From NCBI GenBank assembly GCA_977017645.1, contig OZ360243.1, positions 6,634,001 to 6,698,000 of the forward strand: a DNA stretch of 64,000 nt. The letters are read 5' to 3'. Source of the DNA: Torpedo marmorata. Its lineage: Eukaryota. A model generated the notes under the pieces. The model saw only the letters and a program-made list of their open reading frames with translations. It had not been told where the DNA came from and did not search any database. The translations under genes and the position numbers were made by a program. This document shows positions 11,908 to 23,764 of this stretch, in pieces (the stretch's first letter is position 1; each line of letters begins with the position of its first letter).

Positions 11908-12771
11908 CCGTATATTTCGGCGTATAAGTCGACCGGCGTATAAGTCGACCCCCCTTTTTCAGCCTCATTTTAATGGTTTTATGGTATATCCGGCGTATAA
12001 GTCGACCCCAAAAATCGGGATGCCTGAGATGTTGCGCATTGACCGGCGTATAAGTCGACCCCCAATTTTCAGGCTGTCTGGGCCTCCCAGCAACAACCCA
12101 AAATTTGTTACAACATCCCAATCGCCAAGTAACAAAGCTGTAAATTAAGCAAGTACCGGTAAGTAAAAAAAACAGTAAAAAAAACCTTTGCTTCTGGCCG
12201 GGAAGATGCAGGTGCGGCGACGTCTTTCTCCCGAGCAGGAGCGGGGAGCTCGTTCTCCCGAGCAGTAGCGGGGAGCTCGTTCTCCAAGGCAATAGCGGGG
12301 AGCTCGTTCTCCCGAGCAGGAGCGGGGAGCTCGTTCTCCAAGGCAGGAGCGGGGAGCTCGTTCTCCCGGGCAGGAGCGGGGAGCTCGTTCTCCAAGGTAG
12401 TAGCGGGGAGCTCGTTCTCCCGAGCAGGAGCGGGGAGCTCGTTCTCCCAGGCAGGAGCGGGGAGCTCGTTCTCCCGGGTAGGAGCGGGGACCTCGGGCTC
12501 TACAATTGTAGAATGTCTGGGTGGTTTATGGCGGCGCCCGGCGGTGGGGAGGTGTCGGGGAGCGGCGGCGCCGGCAGTGGGGAGGCACTTCCAGGGTCGA
12601 CCTATACGCCGAATCGTGTTTTCAGGGGTCGACTTATACGCCGAATCGGCGTGAACTCGATTTTGAGCTGATTTTAAGGTCTCAAAAGTATATCCGGCGT
12701 ATAAGTCGACCCCCGTTTTTTGAGACATTTTTGAGGGTTTCAAGGGTCGACTTATACGCCGAAATATACGG
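11908..12771. mobile_element. Non-autonomous Tc1/mariner (Tc2-like) MITE with internal 30-bp minisatellite
   Basis: Perfect TIR CCGTATATTTCGGCGTATAAGTCGACC, TA flanks, many subterminal GGCGTATAAGTCGAC repeats; sits in the (TA)n tail of the L1. Confidence 0.9.
12226..12490. repeat. 30-bp GC-rich minisatellite (gcaggagcggggagctcgttctccc...), about 9 units
   Basis: Visible tandem units; gives the ENELPAPAR repeat in a spurious ORF. Confidence 0.9.
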
Positions 12772-13715
12772 TATATATTTTATTTAAAATTTTAAATCAC
12801 AAAATACATAAGGTTAAAATATGAAATTATCAAAATACTTGTGATACATTTTCACTCCCCTCCCTAACCCTCCCATCCCTACTAATCTAAAATAAAAATA
12901 AAAAAATAGAAGAAGGAGAATGTCAATCTAAAAAAACACATCTAGAAACAAATTTTATTGTGGAGGATAGGTTTGCCAGTCAGATCCGATGTCCAGAGAT
13001 CTTCAAATCCTTAAACCAACAGCCTTCATATATGGGCTCCATATTTTCAAAAAGAAATGATATTTATTACGTAAATTATAAGTAATTTTTTCAAGTGGTA
13101 TACATGAACGAAGTTCTGCATGCCATCTCTCTAACCCTAAATCTACATCAGATTTCCATGTAATAGCAATACATTTCTTTGAAACAGCTAAAGCAATTCG
13201 CAAAAATTCTATTTGATACATATTTAATTTCATCTTAATGCTAATTCTTTTAATATCTCCAAACAAAAATATCATAGGGTCCATTGGAAGTATAATACTC
13301 AATACTTTATCTAAAAAATTTTAAACTTTCAACCAAAAATCTTGAATCTTTGGACAAAACCATGTAGAATGTACGAAAGAACCTTTCTCTCTGTTACATC
13401 TAAAACATAAACCTGATAATGTCGAATTAAATTTCTTTAATTTTTTAGGCGTTAAATATAATTGATGAAAAAAATTATATTGAACTAATCTATATCTAAC
13501 ATTAATAATCTTCGTCATAAAGCAAAAAGTGTATTATTCAATACATTAAACTTATCTTTCATTCTTTGAAAAGTAATAAATTTACCAGCTTCAAAACAAT
13601 CATTTATTTTCTTAATTCCCTTTTGGAACCAAATTTTAAATAATTGATTATCAACAGTAAATGGAATAAGTTTATTTTGATATAAAGGCATTTTTGGAGA
13701 AATCGACCCTTTCCC

Positions 13716-14319
13716 TCTAAGAGCCGTAGGCTCAATAACTTACCTTGGTCGCGGTGTTCCGATGCCTCGACGGGTTATGGAGAAGTCGCGACGTTCGTAG
13801 GCCGTCCTCGGCCTGTTTGTGCTCTGCGCATGCGCTGGAGTGCCGACGGGCGCATGCGCAGTCTGAAATTGACGTCGTTGTGCGCGGTATAGTATGCGCG
13901 GTGGAGCGTGCGCAGTGGAATAGGAGCATGGAGCATGCGCGAATAGGAAAAAGATGGCAACGTAGGAGGGTGAGTGAGATCGCCATATCTTTTATTGACC
14001 GTTTCATCGAACGTTTCATAGATCGTTTCATACATCGTTTCATAGAATGTTTCATTTAACATTAAACTAGTTACTTTGTGGTTTAAAATCGTTTATTTGA
14101 ACATCTAAATACAGTCTAAGGAATCATTTAAAGGAACTCATCATACATTGTTTTCAAGAACTGTTTGTATTGAAGTCATTGAAGATGACTGCAAGTCACG
14201 TGTGTAAATAAAGTTTTTGAACATATTGGAATTTGTTGGTAAATTAATTGAAACGCGTCAAAGACAAGTATCTCACTTAGCCTCCAGGTGACTATTGTTG
14301 GATAGAAGTCACCATAATA
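13716..14319 (+). repeat. BEL 5' LTR
   Basis: Highly similar to 20562-21179; internal 12-bp cgtttcat repeats. Confidence 0.9.
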
Positions 14320-14926
14320 TAGTCAATAAAAGTGGATGTTTGGAACAGAAAATTGAAGGAAAGAAGATAGAATAATCTCTCTGCTTTGAACTGATATTTA
14401 AAATAAAATGGTGGCCATCTTGAAGATGCCTCGAGTTGGGGGCAGTATGTAATCCACATCCATCTGCCATGAGTAACAGCCAGAGAGGGATTTAAAGCTT
14501 CAAATCTTATAGTAAAGTGTCCTATAAATACGTTGGAGAAACCATTTTTGGAAAATCAGTGATATTATTGACGGATGTTGTGGTTGAAACTCGTTTGTGG
14601 ATAGCAGCACATTACAGTCATTTGAAGTGGTGGGCATAAGTCTGTGGACTCCTTCTGTGTATCTTTGGCAAGTAAGAACTCAGATTGGAATTGCTGCCGC
14701 TGGTCCATTGGGGACTGTTGATTTGGCTAGTGTTGTGTATGCTTAAAGGACAGGAACAAGACGAGTAAAATGGCCGCAGCAGCCTCTGATGCAGCAGCCG
14801 ACGCAGCAACCGCTGATGTTGCTGTTGAGGACCAACGTATTGAAGACATGAAGGTTGCGGATATTAAAGAAGAATTGAAGCGACTGAAAAAGGACATGTG
14901 GAAATAAAAAGATTCTCATCGCAAGA

Positions 14927-17900
14927 TTGAAGTTGGCAAAGGAAGAAGAGGCAGCTTCATTAGATGAACAAGAAGATAACATGGAAATGGCTGAAATTGT
15001 GTCGCCAAATGATGAAGAAAATGATGAAGATATTGAAGAGGCAAAGGATATACAATTTGAATTGGATAAAGAGGTAAGTATGAAGACAACATATGAACTG
15101 CAGGACGAAATACAAGCAAGCGACAGTGTCTCAAATGCTGAAAGCAGAAAAAGCAAACAAAGTTCTGGTTTGAGCTCCAGGGTTTCTAGTACTTCAAGTT
15201 CTGCATCGTCACGTACAAAGATTGATGTTAAATTGGCCGCTCTTCTTGCACAACAAAATACGCTTAAGGATAAATATATTTTAGAACAAGAGGAGGAGGA
15301 GCAGCTGAGACAAAAGGAGGAGCAGCTGAGACAAAAGGAGGAGCAGCTGAGACAAAAGGAGGAGCAGCTGAGACAAAAGGAGGAGCAGCTGAGGCAGAGA
15401 AAAGAACAGCAGGAGCTGGAAGCAAACATTGCTATTGCCAAGGCAAAAAAGAAAGCAATAGAAGGCTCAATGGTATCTGGTGCTAGAAGTAAATTATCTA
15501 AAGTGTCTGATAATAAAATGTCATATTTAAAAAAGGAGTCACAGGAAAAGAAACCAACCAAAAGGATAGATATTTTAGAACCAAGGATACAAAACTTGCA
15601 TATACAAGGACAAACCTTTCAAGAGCATATTGGTATCGAGTCACATGTATCAGTGGTAACATCTGAAAGCAAAGCTGCGGCTTGGGTTCGGTCGAACGAA
15701 GCAACTTCTTTGTTATTTGAGTCAAGCATCAGAAATATGGAAGAAACTACACCAGTGAGGTTTCCAGATACATTGCCTGCAACAAGAGATGGTGAACAGA
15801 GCAATGTATTGTCATCCAAGGGAAGACAAAATGAAATTGCTACATCATTGATTCAGTTACAGTCTCTCTCTTCTTTACCCAAGAAAGAGATACAAACTTT
15901 TGATGGTGATCCACTTCAATATCAATCATTTATGGGATCTTTCAAACGCAATATTGAAGATAAATGCCAAGATCGTGATGAATGTCTTTATTATTTGGAA
16001 ATGTTCACAAAGGGACATCCAGAAGAACTGGTAAAGAGTTGTCAACAAATGTCTTCAGAAAGAGGATTAGACAAAGCTAAGGCTTTACTGGAACAACATT
16101 TTGGCAACAAGCATCGAATTGCTTTAGCTTATATAGATAAAGCTCTTAAATGGACATCAATAAAACAAAATGATGTAAAGGCTCTGCAAGAATATACTCT
16201 ATTTTTAAGAGGATGTTGTAATGCTATGGAAGATATCGATAATATTCGTGCACTTGAAGTGCATAGTAATATGCGAATCATCTTAGAAAAATGACCTTAC
16301 AAGTTATGGGATAGATGGAGAAATTTGGCTTGTGATTTACAAGTAAATTATGGTCGAAAAACTACCTTAAAGGATTTGGTAAATTTTCTTGAACGACAGG
16401 TGTACGTTGAAACAGATCCACTATATGGAAATATCAGAGATAATTCAATGGGCAAAGATGTAAGGAAGTCTAATTCACAGCCTAGTCCGAAATTGAAAAG
16501 GAGTACTTTCGCTGCTAATGTCAGAATCAGAATTTATTTATTGTCATGAACAAGTCATGAAATTCGGTGCTTTGCGGCAGCATCATAGTGCAATTAACAT
16601 TCATATTAACCATTCTAACGACATTACTATATAAAATTATAAACAATAGTGCACTAGTGTCTTTGGTTCATTGATTGTTCAGGAATCTGATGGCAGCGGG
16701 GAAGAAGCTGACCTTGTGCCGTTGAGTGCTCGTCTTTAGGCTCCTGTACCTTTTCCCCGATGGAAGCAGCGTGAAGAGGGCATGGCCTGGGTGGTGGGGG
16801 TCCTTGAGGATAGAGGCTGCTTTATTAAGACATCGCCTCATGTAGATGTCCTCGATGGAGTGAAGTTTGGTGCCCGTGATGTCACAAGCCGAGGTAACAA
16901 CCTTCTGGAGTTTGCACTTGTCCTGGGAGTTGGCACCACCATACCAGGCAGTGATGCAACCAGCTAGAATGCTCTCCACGGTACACCTGTAGAAGTTCAC
17001 AAGAGTCTTTGGCGACATACCGAATCTCCGCAATCGCCTCACAAAGTATAGCCGCTGACGAGCCTTCTTTGTGATTGCATCCACGTGGATGCTCCAGGAC
17101 AGATCCTCGGAGATGTTGACACCCAGGAATTTGAAGTTCTTGACCCTCTCCACGACTGAGCCCTCGATGAGGACTGGGTTGTGTTCCCCTGACTTCCTCC
17201 TGAAGTCCACAATCATCTCCTTGGTTTTACTGACGTTGAGCTCGAGGTTGTTGTCATTACACCATTCAATGAGCTGATCTATCTCCCTCCTGTACGCTTC
17301 CTCATTGCCGTTTGTGATTCTGCCGACAACTGTGGTGTCATCGGCAAACTTGTATATGGCATTGGAATTGTGCCTGGCCTCACAGTCATGAGTGTATAGC
17401 GAGTAGAGCAGTGGGCTAAGCACACATCCTTGGGGTGCGCCTGTGTTGATAATCAGTGAGGAGGAGACGTTGTTTCCAATTCGTACTGACTGTGGTCTTC
17501 CGATGAGAAAGTCAAGGATCCAGTTGCAGAGTGGGGTACAGAGGCCTAGAGTTTGTAGCTTCTTGACCAGCACTGAGGGAATAATGGTATTGAAGGCCGA
17601 GCTGTAGTCAATGAAGAGCAGCCGTATGTATGAATTGCTGTTTTCGAGGTGATCCAGAGCTGAGTGGAGAGCCAGCGATATTGCATCTGCTGTGGAGCGA
17701 TTGTGACGATAGGCGAATTGCAGTGGGTCCAGGTCTTTGCTTAGGTATGTGTTAATTCTGGTCATGACCAGCCTCTCAAAACATTTCATCACCGTAGAAG
17801 TTAGTGCTACTGGGCGATAGTCGTTGAGGCAGCTCACACTACTCTTCTTGGGCACCGGGATGATTGATGCCCTTTTGAAGCAGGTGGGAACCTCTGACTG

Positions 17901-19094
17901 CCGCAATGAGAGGTTGAAAATGTCCGTGAACACTCCGGCTAGTTGGTTGGCGCAGATTTTCAATACCCTGCCAGGTACGCCGTCAGGGCCTGACGCCTTG
18001 CGAGGGTTCACCCTCTTGAATGATGTTCTGACGTCGCCCTCAGAGACAGATATCACAGGGTCCTCTGCCCTCTCAGGGATTCTATTAGGCACCGTGTCAG
18101 TTATAACTGTGTCAGTTATAAGTAAAGAAAAGGACAAAGTAAATAAGGAAAAGGAAAGTTTGCCTGATGAAAAGAGTTGCTTGTTCTGTAAAGGTGGACA
18201 TGCTTTGGAAATGTGTTTACGATTGGAAAAGAAGGAACATAAGGAGAAGATCGCTTTCTTAAAGGAAAATGGAATATGTTTTAGCTGTCTGTGTAAAGGG
18301 CACATCAGTAAAAACTGCGAGAAGCGAATTAATTGTAACATATGCAATTTGAAACATCTTAGAATTTTGCATATCCATAACAGAAACAAGGAATTGGAAA
18401 AGGAGCAAACAGAAACAAAGGAAACAACAGAAAACAATGTTATAACCTCGGTTCAGACAAGTGGTCTTACCGGGGCCGGTGTGGATAACTGCAAACTTTC
18501 GTTAGTGCACGTACAAGTCAAGACCAAGAAAGGGGATGCAATAGTAAAAACATATGCATTTCTCAACCCAGGCAGCACTGCATCTTTTTGCACGGAAGGA
18601 CTAATGAATAAACTTGATATTCAAGGAAGAAAATCAAGAATTATGTTGAAAACCATGGGACAAGAAAAGGTAATTGAAACCAGCATTGTTTCAGGCTTAG
18701 AGGTTGCTGGATTATATGACAAAACTTTTGTGATCTTCCAAGTTTATATACTCAGAAGACTATGCCTGTGCATGAAAGAAATATTCCTCATCAAAAAGAT
18801 ATCCATCATTTAGCTTATCTGTGGAAGGTTTATTTACCTGAAATTAATTCTGAGATAGAAATGCTGATTGGTTCAGATGTGCCAAAGATTTTGGAACCAC
18901 TAGAAGTAATACAGAGTAAAAGGAATGGACCTTACGCTATGAGAACCAACCTTGGTTGGACAATCAATGGACCATTGGAAAGAAATAATGATATTGCTCA
19001 GGAACAGTTAGCGATAAATATTAATAGAATTTCGGTTGTGAAAGTTGATGAGTTAAGCGAAGAGCAAAAAACTGTGAATAAGAAATTCACTTGA
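14927..19094 (+). pseudogene. gag: BEL/Pao gag-protease, disrupted by a stop, a frameshift and a Rex1 insertion
   Basis: ORFs 14927..16294, 16325..16520, 18106..18813, 18762..19094; [25 protein letters not shown] knuckles; MLIGSD and RTNLGWTINGP motifs; 21-bp LRQKEEQ repeat at ~15295-15400. Confidence 0.85.
16521..18105 (-). mobile_element. 5'-truncated Rex1/Babar LINE with open RT ORF, inserted in BEL gag
   Basis: [35 protein letters not shown], uninterrupted to the stop at 16668; (ATTCTG)n tail. Confidence 0.93.
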
Positions 19095-20169
19095 AGAAAA
19101 GAAAACAGATATGTGAAAATAAATCAAGGGTATTTAAAACAACATTGAAGGAATTATTTTCATCAGAAATGGATGAAAGTGAAGTATTAGAAGATGGTGG
19201 AAATAATACTATTGATTATTTATGTGTAATTGAATCAGAAACAGGAATAAAACAAGGGACTGAAAACAAATCTGAATATAGATTTTGTAGTTCAGAGATT
19301 ACAACAGACAAAGCTAATGAAGAAATATTGCAATGTGATGTAAAACTGGAGAACACAGAAAATTGTGCTGATGGAATAAAGAATAATGTGAATGATAATT
19401 TAATGCAATTGAATTCAGAGAACAAAATGTTGAAAGGGGAATTGGAAATATTAGATAATCATGAAAACAGTAAACAAAGATTTAATTTTAAGTAAAACTC
19501 GCAAAGTCAGAAAGCGGAAGAAAAGAATAACTGCTGAAGAAATGAATACAGTTATTTAGGAAAGAGATTCAGCATTATCAAAATGTAAAAGGTTGGAGGA
19601 AGAGATTAATATTTTGAAAGAGAACAAATTATTGGTTAATAACACAAAACAGTTGACTTTAAAAAAAACAATCAAGAATGTAAATTGAATGTTCAGCTAT
19701 TAACAATGCAGAAAGAATGTGATATTGCATTGCAGAAATGTAACAAGCAAGATGAAGAAATTAAAAAATTTCAAGTTTGCCGCAGCAGGATTGACCATAG
19801 AAATATCAATGTATCACATGATATTTTGACTTCAGATCAAATTATTAATTTCTCGGAAAGAACTGAGACTGAATTGGAAGTTGCAAAATTGGATTTAGAA
19901 TTGCAGGAAAGAGCCATAGAAACCAGAGTGGCTAAACAGACCTGTTTATTAAAATCGAAAGAATCAGATAAATATTCAAATTCTAGTTCTAAGAGTTTAA
20001 ATTCTTCACATGAAAAGTGGAATGCTGAAGAAAGGAATAAAGTGAAACGACATGCTGAAGAAGTGCCTCGTGTTAAATTCAAAAGAAAAACTGTATCTAT
20101 TTTGTCTGAGGAAGATTTGAGGTTTACTGGTCGACATTTTAACTCAAAGATTATGGAGATAAAAGAACT

Positions 20170-20357
20170 TTGAAGAGACATTGTAATTATTATGGATAAT
20201 TCAACTCCAAGGAACTCCTGGTTACTTGGAAAAATTATTGAGACTATTCAAGACAAAAAGGGACTTGTGCGTCAAGTGCGAATTAAAACTAAGACTGCTT
20301 TTCTAAACAGACCTATTAACAAGGTCTGTCTTTTGTTGGAGACAGAGGAACTTTGAT
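20170..20357 (+). pseudogene. BEL integrase C-terminal remnant
   Basis: Reads DIVIIMDNSTPRNSWLLGKIIETIQDKKGLVRQVRIKT...RPINKVCLL, typical of the BEL/Pao polyprotein end. Confidence 0.8.
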
Positions 20358-20561
20358 AAATATAAACTGACTTTATTTGTTGTTGTATACTTCACAGGTT
20401 ACAGACTTTTGTTGATTCAGAGTTATGGTAAACTCTGGTTTTATGAAGAAGGAAGAAAGAAGATTTGTATATTGTTTGAATGTTATGGTTATTGTTATTT
20501 ATAATTTATAGTGTAATTATTATTTAAGACATTGCATCTAATTATAATAATTAGTGACCGG

Positions 20562-21179
20562 TGTAAGAGCCGTAGGCTCAATAACTTACCTTGGTCGCGG
20601 TGCTCCGATGCCTCGACGGGTTATGGAGAAGTCGCGAAGTTTGTAGGCCGTCCTCGGCCTGTTTGTGCTCTGCGCATGTGCTGGAGTGCTGACGGGCGCA
20701 TGCGCAGTCTGAAATTGACGTCGTCGTGCGCGGTGTAGTATGGGAGATGTAGTATGCGCGGTGGAGCGTGCGCAGTGGAATAGGAGCATGGAGCATGCGC
20801 GAATCGGAAAAAGATGGCGACGTAGGAGGGTGAGTGAGATCGCCATATCTTTTATTCACCGTTTCATCGAACGTTTCATAGATCGTTTCATACATCGTTT
20901 CATAGAACGTTTCATTGAATATTAAACTAGTTACTTTGTGGTTTAAAATAGTTTAATTGAACATCTAAATACAGTCTAAGGAATCATTTAAATGAACTCA
21001 TCATACATTGTTTTCAAGAACTGTTTGTATTGAAGTCATTGAAGATTACTGCAAGTCACGTGTGTAAATAAAGTTTTTGAACATATTGGACTTTGTTGGT
21101 AAATTAATTGAAACGCGTCAAAGACAAGTATCTCACTTAGCCTCCAGGTGACTATTGTTGGATAGAAGTCACCATAATA
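20562..21179 (+). repeat. BEL 3' LTR
   Basis: Starts TGTAAGAG; matches the 5' LTR. Confidence 0.9.
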
Positions 21180-22512
21180 CCCTCCTATCTCCTTATCCAC
21201 TCTATTCCATATTTCTAACAAATGTTTAGAAATAGGAGAATTCTTTCGTTAATAATAATTTAGAATTCCATTTATAAATAACCTCTTCTTTCAAATCTTC
21301 TCCTATATTATTTAGTTCTATTCTAATCCAAGCAGAAGACTTACCTAATCAAACATTTCATTAACAAATTTTAATTGAGCTGCTTTATAATAATTTTGAA
21401 AATTAGGAAGTTGCAAACCACCCATTTCATATTTCCAAGTTAACTTATCCATACCTACTCTAGCCAACTTTCCTTTCCACAAAAACTTCCTAATAATTAA
21501 ATTTAAATCTTTAAAAAATTTCGAAGGGATTTCATAAGGAATTGATTGAAAAAGATATTGAATTCTTGGAAAGACATTCATTTTAATACAGTTTACCCTT
21601 CCTATTAAAGTTATAGGTAAGTCTTTCCAACTTTCTAAATCTTTTTTTAATTTTCATAAATATTGGTAAATAATTTAATTTATATAAATTAGTTAATTTT
21701 GTATCGATCTTTATTCCCAAATATTTAATTCCTTCCTTTGACCATTTAAATTGTGTAATTTCTTTACATTTACATCCCCTTGTGTCAATGCCATAATTTC
21801 ACTTTTATCAGAATTAATTTTATAACCAGATATTTCCCCATATTCTCTCAATAAAACAGTCAATTGTATTAAAGAAGTAATGGGTTTTGTCATATAAATC
21901 AATACATCATCTGCAAATAAACTAATTTTATGCTCTTCTCTTCCAACTTTAATACCTACAATCTTAATATCTTGTCTAATTAATTCTGCCAAAGGTTCTA
22001 TTGCTAAAATAAACAATGCTGGCAACAAAGGACATCCTTGTCTAGTTGACCTAGTCAAAGAAAATTTTGAAGAAATTTGAAAGCAAATATCCCTGATCCT
22101 TCATTTGGTAACCCAGTACATGACCATGACCCTGTTAATGAGATGCTTTACTTTTTCCCTTTTGCAAAATTTGAAAGACATAATGAGCTGATATTGGACC
22201 AGTGTCTTGCATCTTGAGCATTAAAATGATGTGTTTGTTAATTAAAAAGCTGGTCAATAAGGAATTACAATAAAATCCCCATTATCCAGCATTCAATCAA
22301 CCGGAAACTCAAACAACTGGCAAAAAAAAAATCGAGGAAATAAATAAAAAAGATTAAATAAAAGTTGAAATAAAAGTTAAAAATTGTAAAAGTTCTCTGA
22401 AGCAACACTTAACTGCTAAGTGAAGATGGGAGTAAACATTCAGCCAGAGGAGCACCCCTGTCGTGCCCCGCTCGCAGCAACTGTCTGGATAAAGTTTCAA
22501 TAAAGTTGTGTT

Positions 22513-22911
22513 TGAAATTTGGTGTTTTGCGGCAGCATCATAGTGCAAACATTTATATTATAACCATCTTACGAAATTACTATAAAAAATATAAATAATA
22601 GTGCAAGAAAAGTAAGGCAGTGTCTTTGGTTCATTGATTATTCAGGAATCTGATGGCAGCGGGGAAGAAACTGTCCTTGTGCCTTTGAGTGCTCGACTTT
22701 AGGCTCCTGTACCTTTTTTTCCGATGGTAGCAGAGTGAAGAGGGCATGGCCTGGGTGGTGGGGGTGTTTGAGGACAGAGGCTGCTTTTTTAAAGCCACCA
22801 CCTCATGTAGATGTTCTTGATGGAGTGAAGTCTGGTGCCTGTGATGTCACAGGCCGAGTTAACAACCCTCTGGAGTTTATTCTTGTCCTGAGAGTTGGCG
22901 CCTCCATACCA
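22513..22911 (-). mobile_element. Rex1 LINE 3' fragment
   Basis: Similar to 16559-16945. Confidence 0.85.
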
Positions 22912-23764
22912 AGTCGATACCGCTGGGGCAACTCTCCCAAAGTGTCTTCCTATCCCTGCCTAGTAAGAGTTTTTATTAGTATTAAGTGTATTAGTAACGC
23001 TTTATCTGTAAATTTAGGGGAGGGTGTTAATTATGATGCCGCATGGTTAGCTGAGCGGCTAGCGCAACACTGTTACGCTCGCGAATGGGGTTCAAATTTA
23101 ATAGTAAGGTGCGCCGAGGGCCTGACCGGAACACTGGCGTGGAGTTGAGTCGGGTTGCGCCAAGGGTCTGACTGGGACACCAGGATGAAGAGCCGGCTGA
23201 TGCCGCTCACTGCTGGGGTGACTCTCCCAAAGAATCTCCCTGTCCTTGCTTAGTAAGAGTCTTTATTAGTATTAGGTATTTTAGTAAGGCTTTATCTGTA
23301 AACTTGTGGGAGGGGTTTAATTATGACGGCGGCATGGTTAGCATAGCAGTTAGTGCAACACTGTTACAGCGACCGGGGTTCGAATTTAAATTTTGTAAGT
23401 TACGGGAATTACTTGATTAAAGTGAACTTTAGATAATTAAAGACTGCAATACTGATTTCATTTTCAAATTACTTTACATTATGCACTGTCTTTTGTCTTT
23501 TAAACTGTGTATTTAAAAAAAAAAAATATTTTATTTAAAAAATTTTAAATCACAAAATACATAAAATAAAATATGAAATTATCAAAATACTTGTGATACA
23601 TTTTCACCCTCCCTCCCCTTCCCAACCCCACTAATCTAATAAAATAATTAAAAAAAAGAAAGAGAAAAGGATAAGGTAAGGAGAATGTCAATCTAATAAA
23701 TACATCTATAAACTAATTCTATTATGGAGGTTAGGTAGCCAGTAGATCCAATGTCCAGAGATCT

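Larger units (their letters stand above)
13716..21179 (+). mobile_element. BEL/Pao LTR retrotransposon, non-autonomous, inserted in L1
   Basis: LTRs ~13716-14319 and 20562-21179; probable TSD CCCTC; gag FDGDPLQY, three Cys/His knuckles, YAFLNPGS protease-like motif, integrase C-terminal tail. Confidence 0.9.
11886..22079 (-). mobile_element. 5'-truncated L1-clade LINE hosting nested insertions
   Basis: 15-bp TSD AAAGCAAATATCCCT (11871-11885, 22080-22094); ORF2 pieces RQGCPL, LFADD, LCFRC..HSTWFC at 13003-13715 and 21180-22079. Confidence 0.92.

Noticed and set aside
11908-12065. Regularly spaced GGCGTATAAGTCGAC repeats resembling a CRISPR array
   Set aside because: Subterminal repeats of a eukaryotic MITE; irregular spacing, both orientations, no cas genes
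12108-12743. 211-aa ORF with ENELPAPAR repeats
   Set aside because: Translation of a 30-bp minisatellite inside a MITE; the second copy does not keep the same ORF
14743-15561. 272-aa Ser/Cys-rich minus-strand ORF
   Set aside because: Antisense shadow of the BEL gag repeat region
16668-18437. 589-aa ORF as one protein
   Set aside because: The N-terminal ~110 aa is antisense BEL gag fused by chance to a truncated Rex1 RT
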